From Pirellulales bacterium (GTDB taxonomy: Bacteria; Planctomycetota; Planctomycetia; Pirellulales; PALSA-1355): a DNA stretch of 64,000 nucleotides. The translations under genes were made by a program, and so were the position numbers. Below the pieces are notes generated by a model that was not told where the DNA came from, did no database searches, and saw only the letters and a program-made list of their open reading frames with translations. The stretch is from assembly GCA_963733035.1 (NCBI GenBank), contig CAVTBU010000005.1:2922951-2986950 (forward strand). The letters are read 5' to 3'. Shown here piece by piece: positions 27,498 through 37,694 of the stretch (positions are counted from its first letter, which is position 1; each line of letters begins with the position of its first letter).

Positions 27498-28009
27498 GCT
27501 TAGCGAACGCAACCGCTGCTTGCGTAGGGATCGACCCAGAAGCCAAACGGACGCAGGCACTCCCGCGCTCGAGGCCCTCGAAGCTCGGAGTACCGCGTCC
27601 GTCTGGTTTCCCCTTGGAGGCACCAAGCCGATTGGAGCCTCGCGAGCGAGAGTTCGGCTCGCAAAGTTTAGTTCGGCAGCGCGTGACGGATCTTGGCCTG
27701 AGCGATTGGATTTTTCAGGCACGAACCAAAGCGTCCGACCGACCGGAGGCCGTTGTCACCCGGCGCCGACCGCGAACAGCATCGGCCGCAACGGCGCGTG
27801 CAGTGCTTGGAACTGTTGTCCAAATGAGTCGGCACTTCCCGGCGAGTGGGGCGATTTTGCGGTACCGCAAACGGACGTTCTAGGGCGCCGCGCTGTTCGC
27901 CGCGTTTGGCTTGCGCGGTGAGATCGCTTTTGGCGGTTTCGTTCGACCGCGAATTCGTGCGGGCTTTGTCGTTGGATCCGCAGTACCATCGGGTGCGGAA
28001 AGTCCGTCG

Positions 28010-31000
28010 TCAACGGCACCCTGCGGTGCCGCTGCCGGGGCCTGCGCCGGCGGGAGGAGGTCCGGCTAGGGGTGCGCCAAAGGGCCGCGCATTGGCCGCT
28101 TGCGGAGTCAACGGACGCGGACCGGCCGGTTGGGCGCCCGATTTGGCAGGCATGTTGCCCGACGGATTTGCGCCGGGGCGTAGTGTGCCGGAGTCGACGA
28201 GCATGTAACCGGCCCACAAGAGCGGATGGCTGGCCGTGAATTGCTCGCGGCCTGTTTCCTTGATGCGCGGCTCGCGGTCGGCTTCGAGCGGTTCGTCTGA
28301 AACCACTTGCACGCTTCGTTGCCATGCCTCGGCGGCTGAGACGTGCGGCAGCTCCTGAGCGAATTCACGCACCAGGTCGTAGCTTGATTCACCTGCGGTG
28401 CGCCAGCGGCTGATTAAGATCGTGCGGGCACCTGAGGCCATCAGGCCGCAGAGCGAGAGGAAGATGTCGCTGCCATCGGCCTGGCCTTTGCGGAGGCCGG
28501 ATTCGGAAGCCGTGTGATAGCCGGGCAGGATCAACTGTTCTGGACCGGCTAGCGGAAGTGACAACCAATCGCTCAGTGTTTCGGCACTCTTGCCGCGATC
28601 GCTCTGAAGCGGAGCCCAGTCGTAGGGATTGCTGGAGGGTGGCAGATCATCGAGCACGATCAGGCCGTCCAAGAGCACGCGGTAAAGGTGCGAAGGTGCG
28701 GTAAGCGAGCGGGGCAGGGCGACCGATCCAGGCACTGCCGGAGCGAACCGCTGGAATGCTTCGGCAGCCACCGTTTCGTCGTTCTGGGGATGCAGTTTCC
28801 CGAGGGCGACGCCAATGTTTGGGTTTGGCTTTTGGGCGCCTAGGTAGGGTACCGCCAATCCGACGGTCGGCGCATAGCGGACTTCGGCCTGCGAAATCAG
28901 TAGCCGGCGATGGTCTGGAGACCCAATGGTCAGGGCCTCGAACGGCAAGTACCACAGTGGACCATCGGGCACGATGACGATCTCTTGGAAGTTGCCGGTC
29001 AGATCGACATTCGACCGGTCGAGCAGCAGCGAAAGCACTTTCGCGCTGGCATCCTTCCAGGTTTCCTTACCGAGCTCGGCGGCGGTGAGCGCATGATTGC
29101 CGTCGAAATTGCCCATTTCGCGGAGCATCGTGGCGATTTGCTTTTTCACCAAACCGGGGGAACGCACCTTCCAAATCGCAAAGCGATCGTTCGAGAACAG
29201 GAATCCGTAGAGATCTCGGCTGGTGGTGAAGAACGCTAGCAGCACCTGGCCATCGTCCAGGCTGTCCTGCACATCGCGTGTTTTGCGCAGCGGTGGAAAG
29301 ACCATATCGGCCGGCTCGCGGCGCACGGCAATCTGCCTTAACAAGGTTTCCTGCGATTGGGCGACCTGACCCAACATGGCCAGCAGTTCGCTTTGTTGCA
29401 GGCGCGCATTTGCCGAGTCGTCGACAACGGGACTGGCCGCCAGCTTGGTGCGAATCGCCGCTGCCTCTTGAGCGAGCTTGGCGTACTGCGGATAGTGGGC
29501 CAGCAGATTTTCCCGCTGCAGCAGCGCTTGTTCGTTGAGCAATCCGGCCGGTCCTTCCAGGATCCAGCGCAATGCCAGCAGGCGACCGCCCATCGGCAGA
29601 GTGCTGAAGAATCGATGGCGTCGCGCGCGATCGGCGACCTCCAGGGCCACCTCACGGTCCTTTTCGTTCTTGAGCAACAACTCGAACCAATGCTCGAGCG
29701 GAATCTCCTGGTTGCCAAGCAGCATTGAGAGGCACTCGAGTGGATCGGTTTCCCAATCGGCCGGAGCGGGGTCACGCAACACGGTTTCGTACAGCAGCAG
29801 CGCGACGCGGTCGCTCAGGGCACCTGCGGTGTAACGGCTATCGGCCAGTCCAATTTGGAAGTTCCACAGCGAACCTTGCTGCTGAAAGCCCAACGCGGCC
29901 TGCAACGTCTGGTCGCCTGCGGACACGTTGCCGATCTGATATGCGACCAAGGCGCTCAAGTAATTGAACTGCGCGCCGAGCCGACTGATGGGTAAATCGC
30001 TGCGGCTCATGGCCGCGCGAGCATTGTTGAGCAGGTTGCCCGCCTGGGCTGGATCGCCAGCCACGGCCATGTTCTCGGCCGACATGAGCAACAGCGAGGC
30101 TTGCAGGTGACGCAGGTTTTGATTTCTGGCCCAAGCCAATGCCGGTCCCAGCGGCGGGTAGGGGCCTTTTTGGTTCAACAGCAGATGCGCCTGAAAGCCC
30201 AGTCGAAAGGCCTCTTCCAGATTGAGTGGGTTCGGATAGTTGGCGCAGGCGTACGTTGCTTCCTCGCAATAGCGTGCAGCCGCCGGATAGTCGCCAGTTT
30301 CGAGCGAGATACGCCCGAGTTCTAGAAGTGCGGTGCTTGTCAGCGGGTGATCGAACTGTCCGCCGACGAGAACCGCTGACTCAAGCGCGTTCTTGGCCTG
30401 TGGCAGATTGCCGGCGGCGGCATAGGCGCAGCCCAATTGAACGTTAATCCAGGCTTCGCTCCAATGGTTCGGTGGTCCGGGCTTGCGGGCCAGCACGTCG
30501 ACGAGGTTCTGGGTCAGCGGGTCGTACTTGCAGACGGGCCCCATCAGGTCACGCCGGCGGCGGATGGCGAGCGATGTGCAGCGGACGATTTCTGCAACGT
30601 GAACCGGAAAGGCAACCGCGGCTTGGACGACGCCTCCCTGCTGCAGAGTTTGCGTTTGATTGATCTGCCCCTGTCCCATCGTGAACGTTTCGCTAAACGC
30701 GCCCACGTTGCGCCCCGCTTGCTTTGACCCCAGGGAGTAGCCCGCACGGCATTGATCGCCGGAGCAATGCCCTGAGGAAACTGGACGCGCATCATCCAGT
30801 CGGAATAGTTCACGTAGATCTTGAGTGCGGCGTCGTACTGCGCGAGGGCCAATTTCGGCTGGCCCAACTGGTGGTAACACTCGCCGGCCATCGTGTAGTA
30901 CACGATGGCATCGATCCACTGGCTGTTGGCGTTCTTGATGCCCCCGCGCGCTTCTGCCGAAAACAACGCTAGCGAGTTGCGAAAATTGCCACTGAAGTAG

Positions 31001-31185
31001 GAAGGCAGGGTCGTGAAGTAGATCGGCGAGGGGACCTGTTGGGCCGCGCCGGTGCCGGTCGCGGGGGCAAGGAATTGACCGGTCACCTGGCCACGAGCGT
31101 TTAATGCTAGGAGCGCCAGCATCAGGCCGAATGAGGCCACGAAGGAACCAATCGATCCAAAGCGGCAAGCAGCGCAACGGAGCAT
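28010..31185 (-). CDS. exported TPR + CHAT domain protein (frameshift near 30715; true stop may be 27880)
   Basis: Signal-like N-terminus, TPR-like helices, EIVIVPDGPLWYLPFEAL, GLMASGARTILISRW, HPLLWAGYMLV; Pro/Ala-rich tail. Confidence 0.8.
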
Positions 31186-31557
31186 GGCCAACGGGCCTCC
31201 CTGGCGACCGCGCCTCGCGTGTGCCTGCATGGATATCAGGCGGGGCGCAAGCAGAATTATTGTTCCGGACCTCGAACAAGTTTCATCATACCCAACTTCT
31301 CCAGCTGGGGCGAATTTCGGCCGCCGGTGCTAGCGGTTTGGTCTTTTGGACGTGCAGGCGTGCGGCACGGTTACAGGGGAAACGCGTGTTTTTCCTCCTG
31401 GCGGCCAAAGATGTCAAAGTCTGCCGATTGTGCCGGCCGATAACCTAGCCTGCGGATTGTAGCGGAGAGGTTGAGATTGCTGGTTGGCGAGTCGCCGTGT
31501 GCGGTACTCGCGGCTGGTCAATTCTCATCGTGCCGGCTCCACGGAGGTGAGATTCCG

Positions 31558-31800
31558 ATGCGGTTGAGTAACGAACGACGGCACTCCTGGCGACGGGCGC
31601 TCTATGGATTGGGCATGACTGCCGTCCTGGGGGCGACCACCGGGTGCCAGGTGGATATCGGTGGCCAAACACTACCGAGTCCCTGGTACCAAACCGACGA
31701 TATTCAGTACTTCCCGCCAGGACCGGAATTCAAGTTGTCGCGTGAAGCGGCCGCTCAGAAGGCGTTTTCCGAAGGCCAGGCGGCGAGCCAACAACCGTAA
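31558..31800 (+). CDS. small putative lipoprotein of unknown function
   Basis: GGAGGT RBS; lipobox-like ATTGC; GQTLPSPWYQTDDIQYFPPGPEFKLSREAAA. Confidence 0.75.
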   Translation: MRLSNERRHSWRRALYGLGMTAVLGATTGCQVDIGGQTLPSPWYQTDDIQYFPPGPEFKLSREAAAQKAFSEGQAASQQP

Positions 31801-31944
31801 GAAGCGTAATTGAACCATGCTCTCGGCCGTAGTCGCGGCCGGGTGCATGTGGAGTTTCGTCGAATGCCTGTTCCTCAGCGGGGTGTCTTTCTCGCTTGGC
31901 CTTTGGCCGCGCTGGATCGATACCGCGGAATCGGCGCAGGCATT

Positions 31945-32039
31945 GGGGGGGACGACGCCCTCGGCGGCTGACGTTTAGGACGGACGCGCTCGTGCCAAGC
32001 GGGCGCGCCTTGAACGTCAGCGGCCGGGGTCCTTTTTTT
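31945..32039 (+). terminator. long hairpin ending in a T7 run
   Basis: GCTGACGTTTAGG pairs with CCTTGAACGTCAGC, inner CGCGCTCG/CGGGCGCG, followed by TTTTTTT. Confidence 0.55.
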
Positions 32040-32066
32040 CCTGCGAGCACTCGAGTTCGACGGGCA

Positions 32067-32447
32067 ATGAACGTCATGGATGTGCAACTTCCGCCTGAGG
32101 TCCAGCACTGGGCCAACCTGTTTCTTGTCTGGGTTGGATTCGGGACGCTGGTTGGCCTGATGGCCAAAGCGGTGATGCCCGGCCGCGATCCGGGCGGAGC
32201 CATCGCCACGCTGGCGATGGGCGTTGGCGGAACGGTTATCGGCTGCGCCGTGTTAACCTACTTCTCGGGCCACCACGTAACCCCTGTGAGTCCGTTGGGA
32301 TTCGTGGTCGCGACGGCCGGCGCTTTTCTGTTGCTGTTTTTCTACCGCCTGCTAGGTGGCCGCTACTTCTACGAAGGCGATCGCGCCGTCGTGGCGACTG
32401 GCGTTCGGATGCGTCGCCGTCGCGTCTACACTCAAATCGAGGATTAA
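32067..32447 (+). CDS. GlsB/YeaQ/YmgE (transglycosylase-associated) membrane protein
   Basis: WVGFGTLVGLMAKAVMPGRDPGGAIATLAMGVGG; 3 TM helices. Confidence 0.85.
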   Translation: MNVMDVQLPPEVQHWANLFLVWVGFGTLVGLMAKAVMPGRDPGGAIATLAMGVGGTVIGCAVLTYFSGHHVTPVSPLGFVVATAGAFLLLFFYRLLGGRYFYEGDRAVVATGVRMRRRRVYTQIED

Positions 32448-32476
32448 GCCCGTCGCTGCCGTTTGCGACGGCGCGG

Positions 32477-33607
32477 TTATTTGCTGGGGGCGGGCACGGT
32501 TCCGCCGTGCCACCAGCGCTGGAAGTTGCGCTTCGCCCGCATCAACCGCGCAATGGGCACGTCTGCCGGGAAGTGCGAATAGCGGAAGCTGGGTCGCGCC
32601 TCGGTCAACCAATATCGCTTGCATTCCAGATAGCCCGGACCGAGATTGTAGAGCCGATCGCCGCGAGCGAAACTATCGGCAATCATCCGGGCTTGGAGGA
32701 CGGTACCGGCGCCTTCGTTTGTGGCCGTGGCATCGTAGCCGGTGCGAAGCCCGAATATGTTGCCGGCGCAACGGTAGGCATAGTTGAAGGCGACCGGTCG
32801 CGAGTCGACCAGCAACAGGTTCAAGTCGAGCGCCCCGGAGCGGGCGGCCACCGCGTGGCACTCGCGGAGAAACGCCTTGATGCCGCCGTGTACAAGCGTC
32901 GTACCGGTTGTGGATTTGGCTTGCCAACTAGCGCTGGCAATCGCCTCGCAGGCTTCGTAGAGGTCCCAGCGCGGATTGGCGTCGTTGTGGGCGTCGGGCC
33001 GGTAGCGTTGGTACGTTACTTTGCCGCGGCCGGCGAGTTTCTTTTCACTGCGCCGGACGTTATTGCGCCAGCGGCTTTCACGCGACGCCCAATAGGCCTC
33101 CCAATCTGGAAATTGATCGAGACGAATCAGGGCACTGGTGTGCCGCGGTTCGCTGGTGGCCTCGAGACCGATGGCGGCCAGGGTTTGCTGCGTGCAGCCG
33201 GCATCGTCCCCCAGCGTATCGACCCAAGGCAATTCAATGATTTGCCAGTCGCGCGGCGTGCGACGGATGTGTGCCAGTCCGGTGGCCAGTGTGCGGGCCG
33301 GGTCGGGCCCGATCGGTCCGAAGTAGCTCCCCCAATCGTCCAGCGGATAAGTCAGGACTCGGACGCCCGCCATTCTTCGACGGCTGGAGCGCACGACCAA
33401 CGGCACGATTCCGGTTACGGTTCCGTTATCGTCTTCGACGACCAGAACGCGGAGACGCTGCCGATCGCCGAAGTGTTTCCAGTAGCTCGCCAGCCACTGA
33501 GCCGATTGGAAGAATGTGGCGCCGGGTGTTTGGCCCAGCAGCTTGTCCCAAATGGGGAAAATCGGCACGAGGTCGCCAGGATCGTTGATTTCGCGGACCA
33601 GAGACAT
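32477..33607 (-). CDS. GNAT family N-acetyltransferase (CelD/BcsL-like)
   Basis: ATFFQSAQW, RNNVRRSEKKL, RPVAFNY, GYD...GAGTVL, LGPGYLECKRYW. Confidence 0.85.
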   Translation of the reverse strand: MSLVREINDPGDLVPIFPIWDKLLGQTPGATFFQSAQWLASYWKHFGDRQRLRVLVVEDDNGTVTGIVPLVVRSSRRRMAGVRVLTYPLDDWGSYFGPIGPDPARTLATGLAHIRRTPRDWQIIELPWVDTLGDDAGCTQQTLAAIGLEATSEPRHTSALIRLDQFPDWEAYWASRESRWRNNVRRSEKKLAGRGKVTYQRYRPDAHNDANPRWDLYEACEAIASASWQAKSTTGTTLVHGGIKAFLRECHAVAARSGALDLNLLLVDSRPVAFNYAYRCAGNIFGLRTGYDATATNEGAGTVLQARMIADSFARGDRLYNLGPGYLECKRYWLTEARPSFRYSHFPADVPIARLMRAKRNFQRWWHGGTVPAPSK

Positions 33608-33912
33608 GGACGGCAACGGGGTAGAAGATGTGGGCGGTCGAAAGTGCTGTCGCCACCCTTCCCGTTGCAACCGATGTTCCCGCCGGCCGAGTCGACGGGG
33701 GATGCGAGTCGCTTAAGGGGTGATTATGATTGAGGTTGCGGCCCGTTGTTGCCGGCGACGACAATTCGCCACGCGTGGCATTCTGGCAACGAGGACCGCC
33801 GTGGGCGTTGCCTGAAGGCAACATCGGGGCCAGCAGTGGATGGGTGGGACCGCGGAAAAATCACTCGTGCTGGCGGTGGAGAATTGACAGAATGGCAGCA
33901 TGCCAAGCCTTC

Positions 33913-33941
33913 GGAACTTCCGTACGACTTGCGGTGTTCAA
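33913..33941 (+). promoter_or_regulatory. candidate ECF (sigmaE-type) promoter
   Basis: GGAACTT-N16-GTTCAA about 50 bp upstream of the DUF1549 gene. Confidence 0.45.
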
Positions 33942-33991
33942 TTTCGTGTAGCAGTTCGAGAGGCGCAACGCTTTGCCGCGTAGGGAGCTTG

Positions 33992-35638
33992 ATGAAAGTG
34001 ACAAAGTTTCAAACGATCCCGCTCGTCCGAAATGTGCTGTTGGCCGGATGGCTCGGCGTCGTGGTTTGTCCGGGGTTGTTGGCCGCTGAGCTGCGGCCGG
34101 AGGCGGTGGCCGAGCATATCGATCAGCTATTGGCCCAGGAGCAATTTGGCGGCGATGATTCTGCCGAACCGGCCAAGCAGGCGAATGACGAAGTTTTTCT
34201 GCGTCGGCTGACGCTCGATCTGATCGGAATTCCACCCACGCCGGCGGAGATCACGGCTTTCGCCTTGGATCCTTCGGCTGACAAGCGCACCCGCGCCGTC
34301 GAACGACTGTTGGCCGACGAGCGGTTTGGCGAAAACTGGGCTCGCTATTGGCGCGATGTCATCATGTATCGTCGCAGCGAGGATCGTGCATTGCGTGCCT
34401 CGGGGACGCTGGTCGCGTTCTTGACCGATGCGTTCAACAGCAACTCGCATTGGGACGAAATCGCCCGCGAATTCATCACGGCCACCGGCGACATTCAAGA
34501 AGCCGGCGCCACGGCGATTGTGATGGCCCAGATGGCCAATGCCGAGGATTTCACGGCTGAAGTCTCGCGGATTTTCATGGGCATCCAGATTCAATGTGCC
34601 CAGTGTCACGACCATCCGACCGATCGTTGGAAGCGCGAACAATTTCACGAGTTGGCCGCATTCTTCCCGCGCGTCGCCGTTCGGCCTGTGCGTGTCGACG
34701 GCAAACAGCGCTCGTTCGAGGTGGTTTCGGTCGACCGTGGTCCGAAGAACAAGCGTCCGAATCCCCGGCGTGGCAGCCTGGAGCATTACATGCCGGACTT
34801 GGATCATCCCGAGGAACAGGGCAAGCTGATGCAGCCGGTGTTTTTTGTGACTGGGCAGAAGCTCGAAACTGGCGTGGCCGACGCCGACCGCCGAGGCACG
34901 GTCGCCGATTGGATCACCGATCGCAACGACCGCTGGTTCTCGAAGGCATTCGTCAATCGGGTCTGGTCGGAGATGGTGGGCCGTGGTTTCTACGAGCCCG
35001 TTGACGACATTGGCCCTGATCGACAATGTTCCGCGCCGAAGACACTCGATTATCTGGCGAATCGCTTCACCGCCAATAAGTACGATGTGAAATGGCTCTA
35101 TCAAGCGATCGCCGCAACCAAGGCTTACGGTCGGGAGAGCCGCTCGCGAATCGATGACCAGTCAGCTCCCTTTGAGGCGGCCTGTCCGCAACGGTTGCGC
35201 GCCGACCAGTTGTATAACGCCTTGCTGGAAGTCCTGGGGCTTCCCGAGCCGCAAGGTCGCGACCGCGGAGGTTTCCGTTACGCTGCCGGCGGCGCGCGTG
35301 GTCAGATGAATCTGACCTTCGGCTACGACCCCAGCGTCCGCCGCGACGAGATTATGGGCTCAATCCCGCAGGCATTGTTCTTGATGAACGCGCCGGAACT
35401 GGCGCGGGCGATCAACGGCAAACAGAATAGCACCGCGCTTGGAAAGTTGCTGGCGGACGTCGCGGACGATGAGACCGTCGTTTCAGAACTGTATCTGAAA
35501 TGTCTTGCGCGGGAGCCCAAGAAGTCCGAAATGCAAACCTGCCTGGACTACGTGCAAACCAGCACCGACCGGGACACGGCGTTCGAGGATATCCTCTGGG
35601 CGCTGGTGAATTCCACCGAGTTTTTGAATCGCCAATAA
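33992..35638 (+). CDS. DUF1549/DUF1553 domain protein
   Basis: DEVFLRRLTLDLIGIPPT, NWARYWRD, IQCAQCHDHP, FVNRVW...GRG, QALFLMN, EDILWALVNSTEF. Confidence 0.92.
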   Translation: MKVTKFQTIPLVRNVLLAGWLGVVVCPGLLAAELRPEAVAEHIDQLLAQEQFGGDDSAEPAKQANDEVFLRRLTLDLIGIPPTPAEITAFALDPSADKRTRAVERLLADERFGENWARYWRDVIMYRRSEDRALRASGTLVAFLTDAFNSNSHWDEIAREFITATGDIQEAGATAIVMAQMANAEDFTAEVSRIFMGIQIQCAQCHDHPTDRWKREQFHELAAFFPRVAVRPVRVDGKQRSFEVVSVDRGPKNKRPNPRRGSLEHYMPDLDHPEEQGKLMQPVFFVTGQKLETGVADADRRGTVADWITDRNDRWFSKAFVNRVWSEMVGRGFYEPVDDIGPDRQCSAPKTLDYLANRFTANKYDVKWLYQAIAATKAYGRESRSRIDDQSAPFEAACPQRLRADQLYNALLEVLGLPEPQGRDRGGFRYAAGGARGQMNLTFGYDPSVRRDEIMGSIPQALFLMNAPELARAINGKQNSTALGKLLADVADDETVVSELYLKCLAREPKKSEMQTCLDYVQTSTDRDTAFEDILWALVNSTEFLNRQ

Positions 35639-35708
35639 ACCGCATCACTCAAATTCTGTGCCCGACGTTCGCGGCGGGCTTGGTTTGAAGACGAGGATGA
35701 ACGATCCC

Positions 35709-37010
35709 ATGACACTCCATTTGCGCCACCAGGTCGACGTTTCCGTTTCTCGCGGTGGAGCCGTTCGCCGCCGCGACTTCCTGCGCGGGATTGCCGCGGC
35801 CAGCGTTGCCGCTGGGACGCTCAGTTGGCGCGACATGGTGGCCTTGCAGGCTCGCGAGCTCCAAAAGCGCGGCAAGTCGATTATTCTCTTGTGGATGGCA
35901 GGCGGCCCGAGCCAATTCGAGACTTTCAGTCCCAAGCCGGGACATGCGAACGGCGGTGACACGAAAGCCATTGATACCTCCGTGTCGGGAATTCAAATCA
36001 GCGAAAACTTTCCCCACGTGGCGAAAGTGATGCACGAGGCGGCCCTGATTCGCTCGATGACCAGCAAAGAGGGAAGTCACCCTCGAGCTTCCTATTTGAT
36101 GCATACCGGCTACTTGCCCACGGCGAGCGTCAAGTATCCGGCGTTTGGGTCGATCGTGGCACAACAGAGTCCCCGAGCCGAGTTGGACCTGCCGGCCTTT
36201 GTGCGGATTGGTGCGGGGGGCCGCGACACCGGCGGCGGTGGCCTGCTAGGCGTGGAGTTCGATCCGTTTGTCATGCCCGCGGCGGGCAAGCCACCGACCA
36301 ATACGCAGCTGACCACGCCCGTGGATCGTTACAGTCGGCGGCTTGGTTTATTGGGGCGTCTTGAGTCCGATCAAGCCTCCTCAGGCGCGGGTCACGAAGT
36401 TGCCGAACACCAGAAACTATATCAAACGGCTTCGCGGATGATTCTCAGTTCGCAGATGACGGCCTTCGACCTCGACCAGGAACCAGCAACGGTTCGCGAA
36501 GCGTACGGCAACTCGCAGTTTGGCTTGGGCTGCTTACTGGCACGGCGTCTCGTGGAGACGGGCGTTCCCAGCATCGAGGTCACGTTGGGTGGTTGGGACA
36601 CCCATTTCGAGAACTTTCCCCGCGTGAAGGAATTGGCCGGGCAGGTCGATCAACCGTTGGCCAATTTGATTTCCGACCTTAAGCAACGGGGTCTGCTTGA
36701 ATCCACGCTAATCGTCTGGATGGGAGAGTTCGGCCGCACGCCGCGAATCAATCCCCGTGCAGGACGCGACCACTATCCCCGCGCCTTCAATGTTCTGCTG
36801 GCCGGCGGCGGCATTCAGGGGGGCCAGGTCATTGGCAGCACCGATGTGTCCGGCAGCGAGGTCGACGATCGGCCGGTTGGTCCCGCCGACTTGCTGCAAA
36901 CGTTCTGCAAGAGCCTGGAAATCGATCCGTCGTTCGAGAACATCGCGCCCAACGGGCGACCAGTCAAGATCGTCGACGGCGGCACGGCGGTCGCGGAACT
37001 TTTTGGCTGA
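35709..37010 (+). CDS. DUF1501 domain-containing protein (Tat signal)
   Basis: RRRDFLRG, WMAGGPSQFETF, GWDTH, WMGEFGRTPRIN, GRDHY; alternative start 35697. Confidence 0.92.
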   Translation: MTLHLRHQVDVSVSRGGAVRRRDFLRGIAAASVAAGTLSWRDMVALQARELQKRGKSIILLWMAGGPSQFETFSPKPGHANGGDTKAIDTSVSGIQISENFPHVAKVMHEAALIRSMTSKEGSHPRASYLMHTGYLPTASVKYPAFGSIVAQQSPRAELDLPAFVRIGAGGRDTGGGGLLGVEFDPFVMPAAGKPPTNTQLTTPVDRYSRRLGLLGRLESDQASSGAGHEVAEHQKLYQTASRMILSSQMTAFDLDQEPATVREAYGNSQFGLGCLLARRLVETGVPSIEVTLGGWDTHFENFPRVKELAGQVDQPLANLISDLKQRGLLESTLIVWMGEFGRTPRINPRAGRDHYPRAFNVLLAGGGIQGGQVIGSTDVSGSEVDDRPVGPADLLQTFCKSLEIDPSFENIAPNGRPVKIVDGGTAVAELFG

Positions 37011-37145
37011 GACGGTGTCGCGTCGAGCCGTCGATCGCGCGGGATGGGCGTTATTTTGGCACATGCTGTTGCAGGCTTGTGCCCCCTCAAAAATTAACGC
37101 CCCTGGGGGGTTGGATTCCGTTGTGTTCAATGTACGATAGGCAGC

Positions 37146-37646
37146 ATGAGCGCTCAGTTACCAGAAGTGAAGTCCCGCGCGCCACATTTTGATTCTCTTG
37201 AGCAAGAGGCATTTCTAAACCTCTGGCGCACGTACGATCGGTTGCATGTCATTGAAGAGGAACTCTTTGCCCGCTTCGAGTTGACGCCGCAGCAGTACAA
37301 TGCGTTGCGGCTGTTGCGCGGACAGGGTGAGGGCAAACTCGCGACGCTCGCGTTGGCAAGTCGGCTCGTCTCTCGAGCCCCCGACATCACGCGCTTGTTA
37401 GACAAACTCGAAGAGCGCGGCTTGGTTGAGCGCGAGCGGCCGCCAGACAATCGTCGCGTGGTGTTGATCGGTTTGACTGATCGTGGGCGTGAGTTGTTGT
37501 CGACGCTCGACGAGCAGGTGCGGGCGTGTCACACTCGGCAACTGGGTCATCTCGGTCCTCAGCAACTGGCGCAACTGGTGGCCCTGCTCAAGGCGGCCCG
37601 CGCGCCCCACGAGGATCCAGGAAGTCATTGGATTCCGGCAGTATAA
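37146..37646 (+). CDS. MarR family transcriptional regulator
   Basis: LTPQQYNALRLL, PDITRLLDKLEERGLVER, DNRRVVLIGLTDRG. Confidence 0.93.
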   Translation: MSAQLPEVKSRAPHFDSLEQEAFLNLWRTYDRLHVIEEELFARFELTPQQYNALRLLRGQGEGKLATLALASRLVSRAPDITRLLDKLEERGLVERERPPDNRRVVLIGLTDRGRELLSTLDEQVRACHTRQLGHLGPQQLAQLVALLKAARAPHEDPGSHWIPAV

Positions 37647-37694
37647 TAGCGTCGCTTCCCTGCGACCCAAGCTGCCCGCTGAAGGACCCGTTTC

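Noticed and set aside
27377..27921. 168-174 aa ORFs downstream of glnB
   Set aside because: Arg/Ala/Ser-rich, no RBS or motifs, and they run through a terminator-like hairpin
37056..37073. sigma-54-like TTGGCACATGCTGTTGCA upstream of marR
   Set aside because: GG-to-GC spacer is 11 nt rather than the required 10
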